From assembly GCF_001194135.2 (NCBI RefSeq), contig NC_068989.1, positions 73,686,304 to 73,746,201 of the forward strand: 59,898 nt of DNA. The letters are read 5' to 3'. The DNA comes from Octopus bimaculoides. Lineage: Eukaryota. The position numbers were made by a program, and so were the translations under genes. Position 1 is the first letter of the stretch, and every line of letters starts with the position of its first letter. Positions 12,901-25,390 of this stretch are shown here, one piece after another. The notes beneath the pieces were generated by a model. The model worked only from the letters and a program-made list of their open reading frames with translations. It had not been told where the DNA came from and did not search any database.

Positions 12901-13226
12901 TTAAAAATGAAATAAGACGGGTTTGTTTCGGCTGGAATCTCTTTGATTAAACAGTAACAACACTATGCAAAACACACAGAATGAGGGAACCTGTATATGG
13001 TTGCGCGACCCGATATAAACAACTGTCAAATCATTCTGAAAATTACCTCCTGCTGTTTCAATGGAAACGTTCAACCATTGCGGTTCTACATATCCTCAAA
13101 AAGATGGGTTGAAGGGGTGGTCATGGTTGGAATGCCTTTATCCATAGACCTTCACGATCAGCGGTCATTTGTGATTGAAAATAAACAAACCATTTCTTTC
13201 ATGAATTGATTTGAAATGGTAAAATG

Positions 13227-13620
13227 TTCGTTCGTTCGTTCGTTGGCACTCCGTTGCTTACGACGTCGAGGGTTCCAGTTGATCCGATAAACGGAACAGC
13301 CTGCTCGTGAAATTAACGTGCAAGTGGCTGAGCACTCCACAGACACGTGTACCCTTAACGTAGTTCTCGGGGATATTCAGCGTGACACAGTGTGACAAGG
13401 CTGACCCTTTGAATTACAGGCACAACAGAAACAGGAAGTAAAAGTGAGAGAAAGTTGTGGTGGAAGAGTACAGCAGGGTTCACCACCATCCCCTGCCGGA
13501 GCCTCGTGGAGCTTTAGGTGTTTTCGCTCAATAAACACTCACAACGCCCGGTCTGGGAATCGAAACCGCGATCCTATGACCACGAGTCCGCTGCCCTAAC
13601 CACTGGGCCATTGCGCCTCC
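13227..13620 (-). mobile_element. Young full-length tRNA-derived SINE (family B)
   Basis: tRNA-like head ggaggcgcaatggcccagtggttagggcagcggactcg...gtttcgattccc, (AACG)n tail, near-TSD aatggtaa(a)atgt at 13215 and 13621; very similar copy at 42492-42875. Confidence 0.85.
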
Positions 13621-13738
13621 AATGGTAAATGTATTGCAATATAAACTGTTCTACCCATATTTTTGTGTCTGTCTATCTAATACAACCAACGCAACAACAT
13701 TGTTATTCTTAATAGGTGAAGAACGTATCATATCTTAC

Positions 13739-13976
13739 CTTCAGGTGCTAGGTTAGAATCGTCAATAATGTCATCAATTTCTACCAATGCACAGGCGCCG
13801 TCTTCAGTCTCCAGCCCAAGAACGATTTCTGGCGGATTTTTCACTAACTTCTTAGCATTTTCAACAGAATCTAAACAATCTGAGGACACCTGGGTTTTAG
13901 GGGTTGTTGCTGACATGTCTGCAGGTGGCTGAGGAAGTTGAGCGAATTTTTTTGGATCTTTGGGTCCCTTTTTGTG
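13739..13976 (-). CDS. Internal coding exon (238 nt, phase 0 to phase 1) of an unidentified minus-strand gene: HKKGPKDPKKFAQLPQPPADMSATTPKTQVSSDCLDSVENAKKLVKNPPEIVLGLETEDGACALVEIDDIIDDSNLAPE
   Basis: Acceptor ttttgttatatttccag|CAC, donor GAAG|gtaaga; stop-free, non-repetitive, protein-like frame between the two sites; phase matches exon 5457-5542. Confidence 0.85.
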
Positions 13977-14399
13977 CTGGAAATATAACAAAATAATAAT
14001 AATAATAATAATAATAATAATCATGGTTTCAAATTTTGGTACAAGGTCAGAAATTTAGAAGATACAATTAAAACAAAATTCGTACGCGAAAATATCAATA
14101 GTATGAGAACATAATCGTTTAGGAATAAAATATAAAAGAATGAAAAACGGATGTGCAAAGTTCCAACTGTAAATCAAAGATATTTAGGACCTGGAAAACC
14201 TTGAATGAGAAGACCGGTGATGAAAGCCAATCTAGCTTCGATCAAATACATCATCGTTTTCATCGGATATTGTGTATCGAGGATTACATTATCCAAATGT
14301 GTCCCTCTTTTTGAAAGACTTAAGTTGTAATTTAAAGGCGATTTGGTGTTTGGTACATTGATGGTGGTATTGACGATGTATGTATGTATGTATGCTATC

Positions 14400-15142
14400 A
14401 ATCAGTTTCATTCCTGTATTTCTTGTCAATAGAGAAAGAGCCGGACTCTAACATAGGTTCAAGGCTCCTTCGTTGGAACTTTTATCAACATCATCTAGGT
14501 ATTTGTGCATATGTGTGTGTGTGCAGTATTTGGTGTTAGTGTATGCGCAGATTTGTATGTTTGTTTTATGGATGCGTTTTTATATATATATTTTCATGTC
14601 TAGATGCATGCATATGTATTTATGTGCTAAATTTTTGGAAAGTTTTACATATCTTTACAGTTCCATTGATGGCTTGAATCTGTAGTCTTCTAATCAGCCT
14701 TTTTCTTTCAGGTTTTGAGAACCATGTATGTATGTATGTATCGTGTCCATATGTGGTACGCGTAATTAATGATTTCGCTGTATGTGCGTATTTTTGTTCT
14801 ATTTTCAGTTTTGTTGTTCTGCCAACTGTATTGGATTTAATTTATGATGGTGGTATGTTGTTATATAAATGGGCGTGGGTGTGAAAGAGGGTATCAGTAA
14901 CATTATTTGTCTTTTTATTTTATTTCTTTCGTGTATCCGATTTCTTTCTATCTGTATCCATTGTGTAGGTTAAATTTCCGCTATTGTCAGTCTGTATACG
15001 CATCTCTGTATTTGAATTCTATTTATTTGTATATTTAAGCTGAATATAAGACACTATAATATATTATATTCTGTGTATTTTTGCTATTATCGGGAATCTA
15101 TCGACCTACTTAACTACGCACCATATTCCTACCGCACCTATC

Positions 15143-15175
<33 letters not shown>

Positions 15176-15660
15176 GTATCTACCTATTTAACCGTCTGCT
15201 ATTTGTCTGCTAACTCTTTTCAATGAATATACAAGGTAATTTATATTACTATGTTACATAGTCTCATATTGCCTTCTCGATTCCTTGTAACATCTCTGGA
15301 GTAGGGATATATTTTGTATTATTTTATTTATTTGTTATACCTAGGATGAGAGTTCGTGATGTCATATGTATTTTCTCCAGAGAATTGGTTCTGTTTTCTC
15401 ATGTATAAATGGATTCGGTAACTTGTCGAAATGGCAGATCTTGGAGGTGCATAGATAGTGATTTCTCTTCCAGCGTATTTACCAGTCCGTCATTTTCCAG
15501 GTCTTTTCGATAAAGAACGGATGCTGGTCTCTTTTATTGGTACTCACAGTTATTTCCATGATGCTAGCTGTTGTTTCTTCTATATAATTTGAAGCAATAT
15601 CTTTACACGTCTCTGCGAGAAACCTTATCCAGTATTCCACGTCTCATTGTTAATTTGTGG
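14400..15660 (-). pseudogene. Decayed ORF remnant plus 3' region of an unclassified retroelement-like repeat
   Basis: With two frameshifts 15345-15655 reads MRRGILDKVSRRDV/KDIASNYIEETTASIMEITVSTNKR/ASVLYRKDLENDGLVNTLEEKSLSMHLQDLPFRQVTESIYT*ENRTNSLEKIHMTSRTLILG; element ends in a (CATA)n run near 14380-14395. Confidence 0.35.
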
Positions 15661-16550
15661 GTTTAGTTTTGCTTATTCTGTAGTTAATATTTGCGCAAAG
15701 TGTTTTGCATATACTGTATCATATGACAGCCATCTGCAAACCTTTAAAACGAGAGTCCAAAATGCAGCGTATATCATAACCTCTTCAATCATTTGAGCGA
15801 TTGTTATTCGATGTTTTGTACATACGTTATCTAGTATGTAACGTCATAGTGGCATACAAGAAAGCGTTGGCCCTTTTGTGATCGATACAAAGGGAAAAAC
15901 AATCGTATGAGAAACTATCATAGCAGTTAAAGTACAATCAGTTAGCAGAACTCCCCTCCCAGAATTATCCACGCATATTCAATTTTATCCTCGTTTACAT
16001 ATTATATCGAGAATGAGAATGAACATGAATACATACATAAAGTGTAAAAATATATAAATAGAACTGGAAATTATTAGATGGACGGAGGCTAAACTTGTCT
16101 AAAATTAATTAGGCAAATACTAAAATAGTTGATAAGATATAACGATGTCATACAGATGTAACCTTATTCTTGACAAGGACAGATTAACACAGAGCTTCTT
16201 TTTTTTCTACTTCTTATCATTTAATAGAAAGATTGTATGAAGTGAATTTAAAAATATAACTCACGTAGGCGAAAAGAGGAGGTAGCGGAGTGGGGGCTTG
16301 TTACATAAACAGATTGAAAGGTCATAGTATTTTTTTTATGATGAACACCAGAAAAAAAAAAAAAAAAAAAACGGTAACAATGATAGAACAACTGCAATAC
16401 ATGTATATTTTTTCTTACTGAGATAAGCACCGAATTCTAATGATAAAATACGAACAAAAGATGATTTAAGCGATGCTCAAAATGCTGTTGTTGATTATAA
16501 ACTCAACGTTGCCATTTCTAAGCATCGTTTCTAATAAGCATTCCAGTCAA

Positions 16551-17388
16551 ATATTGGTTTCAAATTTTAGGACCAGGCCAGCAATTTCGCGGAAGAGGTT
16601 AAGTCGATTAGATCAACCCCAGTGTTCAACTGGTACTTATTTTATCGACCTCGTAATGATGAAAGGCAAGGTCGACCTCGGCAGAATTTCAACTCAGAAC
16701 ATAAAGACGGATGAAATACCACTAGGCATTTAACGATTCTTCCAGTTCGCCGCCTTAATAACGGTGAGCCGGCAGAATCGTTAGCACGCTGAGAGAAATG
16801 CTTAGTGGTATTTCGTCTGTCGATACGTTCTGAGTTCGAATTCCGCCGAGGTCGACTTAGCTTTTCATCTTTTCGGGGTCGGTAAAATATGTACCAGCTG
16901 TGCATTGGTGTCGATGTAATCGACTAGTCCCATCCACCAAAATTTCAGGCCTTGTGCCCATAGTAGATAAGATTATCATTATTGTTGTTATTATTATTAG
17001 GGCGACGATCTAGCAGAATTGTTAGCACGCCTACCAAAATGCTACGCGGCACTTCGTCCGTCTTTACGTTCTGGGTTCAAATTCCTCGACTTTGCCTTTC
17101 ATCCTTTTGGGTCGATGAATTATGCTCCAGTCAAGTACTGGGGTTGATGTAATTGACCAATTCCAGGTCTTGTGCCTGTATTATTCTTCTTATTATTATT
17201 AAGGCGGCGAGCTGGCAGAGTCGTTAGCACGTCGGGCGAAATGCTTAGCAGTATTTCGTCCATCTTCACGTTCTGAGTTCAAATTCTCCCGAGGTCGACT
17301 TTGCCTTCCATCCTTTCGTGTAATCGACTATTCCCCTCCCCCAAAGTTTCAGATCTTGTGCCTTTAGTAGAAAGGATTATTATTATCA
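16551..17388. mobile_element. Cluster of four family A SINEs (one minus 16551-16756, three plus 16761-16998, 16999-17200, 17202-17388)
   Basis: Repeated A consensus; plus copies each start in the (ATT)n tail of the previous one. Confidence 0.85.
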
Positions 17389-20300
17389 TCTGTTATATGC
17401 CATCAGTTTTCATATCTCACAGAGCTGGTATTGTTTAGAAGAGATTTTTTTTTTGTACCAGATTTGAATTTTTTAATAACAAAGTTTTGTTTGTATTAAC
17501 CTACAAAAGTTTCTGAAAATTCTCGGATGAAAAAAAATACACCCTCTCCTTGTTTTATTTGTTGCTTCTCGATGAAGTACTAGTCATGGAAGCGAAAATG
17601 GTAAGCAACGAATACATACTCCCCAAAAGACAAAAACAAAAAAAATGACACATAGATAGTTATAAACACAGAACATTACAACTTAACTAACATAGTACAT
17701 ATCGTTGTGAAGTGAAAGGGACATGCTGACTGCGAGAAGTTGGGAGACTGTCAGGGACAGTAAGAAAAGAATGAAAGTGAAAAAGAATGACCAAAACAAT
17801 CAAATGGCTGAAAGTCATTCCCGAAGGGACATCTAACCCTATCGATTGTATAAAGTTCACAGTCAACCGAAAGAAAAACGAGAGCCCAGTAAAGCTACTG
17901 AATGAAAGAAAAAAGAAAGCTTGTGAATGGCTTGTGAAAATAGTGCAAGGTATGTGTTATGGATGTGTGTACACGTCAAGTGTAAACTAGTACTACCCAA
18001 ATAAATATTTGGATGTGGTTATCTAAAATAACCTATCGCAGAATTTTTACGTTCACGCAGAACGCACTCCATACTACTCGAACGTAGGTACGATATGAAA
18101 CCAACACACGTCGCACAAACACTAACTAATACGGTCGACCAACACTGTCAACTGTCCTTGATAGTTCACATTGTTCTTATTTATTGCAATCCGTTTCTTC
18201 ACTTTCAGTCACGTGGTTTGTTCAGGATCCTCCCAGAACACTATGTACAGACATACTGTGAGCAAATTGAAATGTGGAAATTAATTCAGTGAGGAATATA
18301 GCGTGCAAGTATGCATTCATCAAAGCGTGGTTCCTAGTCTCTTTTTTATTTATTATAGTTTTCCAAGCCACATAAGAGTTGTTTTAAACTGGCTGTCGTG
18401 GGAAGTTTTATATAATGATAACCTAGTCTTTATAACAAGAGTCTGTAGAAGACTTAAAAAAGAAATTCTAGAAGCGGAAACAAAATCTAGAATTGGTAGG
18501 ATCTCAGATGAAACTTGGCAAAAAGTAAAGTTTTTGTAAGTAAGGAAGAAGACAGCGCTGCTACCATCGAGGAAATGACTGAGCTCGATATGTAGAAACA
18601 AGGAAGGTAGAAAGGAACATCATAGTCTGGCAGGCAAACCGATAGTGATTAAAATCTTTGTATGTGGCAGATATGCTGTGCAAAGCTATCAGATCATTTG
18701 CAAAATCAATCATTTCTCCATTCAAATAGTTGATAACTTCTGTGACGTATTCAGAAATAGAGGAGTGTGCTCTGAAAGTATCGTACCCAGAATGAGAATA
18801 GGGCGGAAAAACTTCAGAGAGCTACTACCTCTGTTTAAGGCTACTAGTTTTCGTTGTGAGATGTAGTGAGTTTAACCTTGAGTGCTACTTATTTCATCAA
18901 CAGGAGAATTTGAAAAGGAAAATCAATCCCAGCATGAAACAAAAAAAGCCTGCAAATTTATTGGTTCAAAGCAAAACGAGTAATAAAAATGGTGTTTAAT
19001 CATGTATTTCTCGCATGAGAAATAAGGCTTCGTATTTTGGAGTCTTGTACAATTGGAAAAAATTCACGATATTGAACGATATTTTATTGCATCACCCCAG
19101 AAGTAAACCATGATGGATTTGAATTGAGAAAGTAAAGGGAAATAACTAATGCTTTCTCCGACGCTCGGCCAATCTATTAGCTTGTATGGACCAAACAAAA
19201 AACAACAAAAGAAAAATAGAGAAAAAAATTAGTAAACAACTTTTAGCGTCTCTTTATAAACATAATTTTCAACGAAATCTAATTGTTAGCATTCAAACAT
19301 GCCGTTCTTAGCCAAGAAAGCTCTGATGTCATTCTTTTCAAATTTGGACAAAGCATTGTGCAAATCTCTTTGGAAAAGATGTTCGTATTAAGTTTATTTT
19401 TCTGTGCCTATTTCGAGAGTATTTGTGCTCATCGCTTGTTTGCTATGGTAGAAAAAAAAACAAAATGGCTTCATCGTTAACTGTTCATGTCGATAGGGAT
19501 TTTAGAGTACACATACACGCAAATACACATATCTACGCAAGCGCGCGCACACACACACACACATGTATATATAGTATGCAGGTACATACACTCATCTATC
19601 TGTCTGTCTGTCTCTCTGTCAATATCTATCTATCCATTCACGCACGCATGCGCTCATACGTGAGGCGGAAAATTAGCAGAATTGTTAGAACGTCAGACAG
19701 AATTCTCCACAATTTTCCTGGCTCTCTACACTCCGAGTTCAAACACCACCGAGATTAATTTTTGTCTTTAATCTTTTCGAGGTCGAAAAAAAATGTACCA
19801 ATCAATGGTGGTGCATTCGCAGAACTACAAGAACGTCGTACTGGATGCCTTACAATATTTGTTTTGGCCCTTCACGTTCTGAGCTTAAATCCCATCATGG
19901 CCTACTTGGGTTGTAGATTTAGCACTTCATCCGTTGCACCGCTTTTACTTAAGGCCCTGTGAGCTTTTAGCAAAGCTCATTATGTTGCAAGAATACCTCC
20001 CGATTTTAGAAAACCTTCTTTCATCCTACTCGTCTCAGAGAACCTAGTACCATGTACACTGCCTTTTCTTCCGACTTAAATGTTTATCTCATAGATTTCC
20101 TACAGAATACAGAGCTAGCACTGCAAGTTACGACGTTTCGTAAGCGAGTACGTCTACGTAAACAATGACATCGAAGAGAGAAAAAATAGGCAATGGGTAT
20201 ATATGCATATTTCAAGAGTTATTGTTCTTTCATCAGCACCTCATCTGACCCATTAACTATCCATGGTTACACTGCTCTAATACCCACTAGGTTTAGCTGT

Positions 20301-20574
20301 GTAACACAATTGGATAGACCCATTTGTGTATTAAGCACATTCCTAGCAACAGGTGTGTAAGTATAATTGCTAGAAGGCAACAGTATTTCGTTTTGCAGCC
20401 ATAATGTACTACCGAGTAAATTACAGGCTTACAAGTGAATATTAAAAATATTTAGATACACCCAACAAAATACACATACCATTTACTCTGTAACACAAGA
20501 GAAAATATTGTCCACAGTGATTCAAGACGACAGACTTTAATTGAAACATTACTACATTCACTAGTACATTTACG

Positions 20575-20950
20575 ACCATTAATACCCTACCGTTTTGCAA
20601 TGCTCGCTGCTACTGATGCTATTCCTCTCCCTTGTCCTTCATTCTTTCCCTGTTTTTCACAACCTTACTTTCATGCCAGCCGCTCCTGTTGGTATCCATA
20701 ACTCTTTTCTATCGCTCTTTTTTTTTTCTTGCAAACATCGTACTAACCCACGTGTTCAATATATTTCTCTCTTCAGCTTGTATCTAGACTTTCGTTCTAC
20801 GCTAGTATTTTTCCTGTTTACCTCTGTTCTATGACAAAAGATATCTTTTTCTAAAACTCTGTATCTATTTTTTTTTGTTTTATGTCCTAGTCTATCGTCT
20901 CCATGCTGTTAGTTTTTAGCTGTAAGACCCACGTTTTCAGTCGTTTTGTT
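20575..20950 (-). mobile_element. Old RTE-type LINE 3' fragment
   Basis: Residual KTWVL and HV motifs with many stops, and a diverged gcattgcaaaacggtagggtattaa tail similar to the 5790-6225 terminus. Confidence 0.4.
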
Positions 20951-21119
20951 TGAACTCTAGCGCTTTGGAGATGAGGGATACCAACTTTTTTTAAGTACCA
21001 AAATCATAATGACTCTGGATAAAAAGTTGACTGTTGAATTAAGGTTTTTCCTTTCACTTTTTAGTCATTTTTATTAATTATCATACACGCCCTTCACCCT
21101 TATTTTGATTTCAGAAAAA

Positions 21120-21252
21120 ACTTCTCTGTGGTAGTAATGGTAGTGATGGTAAAAGTAGTAGTAGCAGTAATAGTAGAAGTGATAATTAAAATGCTATTAG
21201 TAGTGATGGGGGAGGGGTAATAGTGGTAGTACTCATAGTGGCAATGATGGTA

Positions 21253-21285
<33 letters not shown>

Positions 21286-21495
21286 GTCTCAGCAACAGTT
21301 GTGGTAGCAGCCTTCGATCCATAGGCATGACACAGACAACAGCAGCGAGATTGGATCACCGCCAGGCCTCCATATATTTGACGTAAACAGCAGCAGACGA
21401 AGCTAAGCAGCAACAAATATACCACCACCACCACCACTACTACTACTACTACTGATGATGATGATGATGATGATGATGATAATAATAATAGTATT
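21120..21495. repeat. Compound (GTA)/(CAC)/(CTA)/(GAT)/(AAT) microsatellite region
   Basis: Direct inspection. Confidence 0.8.
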
Positions 21496-22096
21496 ACAGG
21501 AACACTAGCAGTTTTTTGTTTGTGCTACATTAGCTGACTCCACGATTGGAAAACAAATTTTCACAAGAAAAGCTAGGAAACGGTTATTAACAAGTGAAAC
21601 TATTTGCTGTTACTATTGGAGACGAGCGATAACTGGATTTAACTGGAGAGATGGAAAAATTGTATTAACTTCTCAGCGTAAAATAGAAATAGAGAAATCT
21701 AGAGGAGAAAGAAGAGAGAGGGGGGGGGGAGAAAAGAAGAAAGAGAAAGCAAAAGGTGGATAGCGGAAGAGAGAGTAAAGAGATAGAGAGAACGTGGAGA
21801 AAGAAGTAGACACAAGCTTGTATACACACATTTATTACTATCTGTCAATCTGTATGTCAGTGAATGTGTATGAAAATATGTGTGTATGTGTGTGTCTATA
21901 TGTATATTAATATATTCATACATACATATAAGCACACACACATATATACGCACACGCACACACACACACACACACACAGAGAAAATACTTTCTTTTATTC
22001 TTTTACTGTTCTACTCATCGGATTGCGGCCATGTTAGGGCATCGGCATGAAATTTTTTAGTCGGAAAAATCGCCCCCGCTGCAATATCTATCTATC

Positions 22097-22139
<43 letters not shown>

Positions 22140-22989
22140 GGAGAGGGAGCAGATAAGAGAAAGGGGGAGTGGGAGATAATTAAGAAATGTTAAAATTTGA
22201 GAAAGAATAAAACAAGATTTAGTGGTTTGCTCCTTTCCCTAGCCATCAATGCTGCTTGTTGCTTTTGTTGAGTAAGAAGAAATGCTTTAAGATATGAAAA
22301 AAAAAATCACTCCCATATTCTCTGCTCTCTATTCGTATATGTTATTTCATGTTTATCATTAGATAATATACGGTTAGAGTGGATAGCCATTAAATCATAA
22401 TATTTTCGGAATCTAAATAACAACATTTATCATATAAACGTTGCTTTTATCCTCTGCGACGGTTTGTGTCAAATACGCGCTTGCTGGCTTTAGATAAAGT
22501 CTGTGAAAACTCCCACACATGCAGATTGTCAAAACAATATTTTTCCTAGCAGAGGTATCTCCACTCCCTTAGTAAGACAGGAAATTTGTCGGTCGTATAA
22601 GACACACTCTTCGTTTTCCTTGTAGGTTCTGGTCATATTATATTCGAGCTCTTTTTTGGCCGAATATAAGATGATTTCATTTAAACCACCTGTATCTTTA
22701 ACACCCGTGAATGAAAGAAGAAGTAGTCAAAGAAACATCTAGATTCATGGGAATTTTACCGTAACTAAACACATAAATATATATTTTAAATCTTTTGGTC
22801 AGAAGAGAATGTTGAGTCCATAACTTGTTATAAGACCAATTAGACTAGGGGAAAGGTAGCCTGGGCGAAATGCTTGCAACAAAGTAGACTCCGCGAAAGG
22901 CACCGAAGGTGCCATGTAATGGTGTTAAACAAGCTAACAGGCTAAGTCTACCATCCAAAGGTTAAATCTACCGTATATATGCTAGGAAT

Positions 22990-23195
22990 ACTGATTGTCA
23001 AACGGTGAAGAGACAAACACAAAAACACCCCACCATACATATATACACGACAGGCTTCCACACAATTTCCGTCTATCAAATTCTGTCAAAGGCTTTGGCT
23101 GATTTGAGGGCATAGTAGAAGATACTTGCTCAAAGTTCAGCGCAGTGTGGCTGGACGCGAAACTTCGTAATTGTGAAGTGAATTTCTTAAACTAC
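22990..23195 (-). mobile_element. Diverged SINE family D copy (source of the local duplication)
   Basis: Diverged body and CORE motif gaagatacttgctcaaag. Confidence 0.7.
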
Positions 23196-23842
23196 TCTGT
23201 CTTGCCTACGAAGATAGAATTGTTCTCAGGGTTTTAAAGTTTAGCTGATAATGTTAGATTAATGCATAAATAATGTAGGCAAAAGGACCTTAATTTAGAG
23301 GAAAAATTAGTTGCTTGTATCGATCCTAGGACGTGATCTGTATTCTGTCGTTCTACTCCGAAAAGTTGAGAGGCTAAATTGACCACGGTAGGCTTTGAAC
23401 CAAGGATGTAAAAAACTGGAAAAAAGTGCCGCATGCCATTTTCTCGGATGTTCAAACGATTCTGTCAATCTGCCAAGAAGCATCTTAAAGTTCATAATTA
23501 TTAAAGCGCATAATCAGGAAGATAGTTTTTTGTACGTTTTTTGATTTCTGAGTAAATGAATTAAATAATTATTAAGCAATTAATCTCAAGGTTAACGTTC
23601 CTAAGTTATGATTAATAAACAATTAAGCAATTAAATCAAGAATAATGTCCTTAAGTTAATAGCTATTAAACACTTTAATACAAAAAATACTGTTCTTGAT
23701 TCGATGGAAAAATTCAGGAATATTCTGAAGTTCATAAGCGAGGACAGAATTATGACTTAGTGTTTTAGATTTTGACGAAATTTTAAATTTAATGAACACC
23801 AAGAACGCTAAAGTGGACCAAACTGATGGCTAAGTGTGGGAT

Positions 23843-24063
23843 TATTGGTTTCAAATTTTTGCACAAAGCCAGAAAGTTTAGGAGAGAAGGCAAGTCGATT
23901 AAATCGACCCCAGTGTTCAACTGGCATTAATTTTATCGATCCCGGAAGGTTGAAAGGTATAGTCGACCTTGGCGGAATTTAAACTCAGAACGTGAAGGCG
24001 AACGAAATGCCTCTAGGAAACATTTTGCTCGACGTTCTAACGATTCTACCGGCTCACCGCCTA
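23843..24063 (-). mobile_element. SINE family A
   Basis: Matches A consensus. Confidence 0.8.
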
Positions 24064-24431
24064 AGTGAGTTAGAAACATCGAGAGGGAAGTGAGTGTTTG
24101 TGACAGAAAGTATGGCTGGTTTGTCCAAAGAACTATAATTAGAGATTTAAAGGCAACCGCTTGCATCATAGTCAAGAATTTGAGAACTGCAGAACTTGTA
24201 ACAGATGTCAAATGATTGTCTGAAATGGAATGCACAATGGCACACAATTGAACACTGGAGGCCTTAGTAATACATCATAAATCTTGTGTGTTAATAGACA
24301 TCAGATTAAAGGGGTAATAATGGTGTTGTCAAACTCTTCTAGTGATCACCAAAGGAACAAAAGCAGGTAAATTTCGTGCTTGCCTTAAATCGTCATTTAT
24401 TTGGATCAAAGTTAAAATATTGAAACTATAT

Positions 24432-24594
24432 GCTAGGAATACTGATTGTCAAACGGTGAAGAGACAAACACAAAAACACCCCACCATACATATATACACG
24501 ACAGGCTTCCACACAATTTCCGTCTATCAAATTCTGTCAAAGGCTTTGGCTGATTTGAGGGCATAGTAGAAGATACTTGCTCAAAGTTCAGCGC
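24432..24594. repeat. Exact 163-bp copy of 22981-23143 flanked by 15-bp direct repeats
   Basis: Base-for-base identity; atattgaaactatat at 24417-24431 and 24595-24609. Confidence 0.95.
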
Positions 24595-25018
24595 ATATTG
24601 AAACTATATACAAATTAGGAATCATTATTTTGCCAGGAATTTGTTACAAAGTGGAGAGGTTTCCATCCGACAGCACCGGCGCCACGGAACCATCTCCTAT
24701 AAGAGCAGTGGTTAAGAGATCAGGTGAATTGATAACGGTGTGTCTCAACTTGTAACATCACTAACACACACACACACACACGCACATACATAGCCTAAGT
24801 AGGATGTGAATTCAAGGTAGTCTTGGGTCTAAACAACAATAGCAACAACAACTGTGAAAACAATATCGATGTCGATGTACAAAATTTTAACGACAATTAG
24901 AATCGATTTATTTCGTTCGAAATCTTCTAAAAGCAACATCAGTTGAAAGTCCAGTGTGGCAGTCAATCTTACCAATACTAGTTGTTGTTGTTGTTGTTGT
25001 AGCTGTTGTGCTTGTTGA

Positions 25019-25049
<31 letters not shown>

Positions 25050-25390
25050 TGTTTGCTGCCTGAGGTGAAGAGCCTGTGTCTGCGCTTTCTGTTTGTTCGT
25101 TCGACGTGGAATGATCGCGATAACAAGTTAATTTTGTTGATTAGCCCCCAGGTCGGCTTTGCTAGAGCAGACGTTTGATGAAAGGCCTTCTATCCATGAC
25201 CAAACCGTCGTCTTCTTCCGGAGTAAAGTAATTCCATCAAAATTTATCCAGTGTGGTGTTTCGCTAACCGGTGAAGATTTAGTTCGAGTGTGACGGTTGT
25301 TCTTTCTAGTAAGTCGAGTAGCCACCTAGAAGTTAACTTAAACTGAAGTTGATATTTCGCTAGACTGATATAAGGAGCTTGCAAAATAGA

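Noticed and set aside
13545-13620. tRNA-like sequences (also 42800-42875, 5115-5179, 37590-37680, 4780-4835)
   Set aside because: They are SINE heads continuous with SINE bodies, without a full cloverleaf and terminator; not called as tRNA genes.
14174-14401. 75-aa minus-strand ORF close to the real exon
   Set aside because: Starts in a (CATA)n run and has no valid acceptor or donor.
16551-17388. Regularly repeated units that might suggest a CRISPR array
   Set aside because: Units are ~200-bp diverged SINEs with no unique spacers, in eukaryotic DNA with no cas genes.
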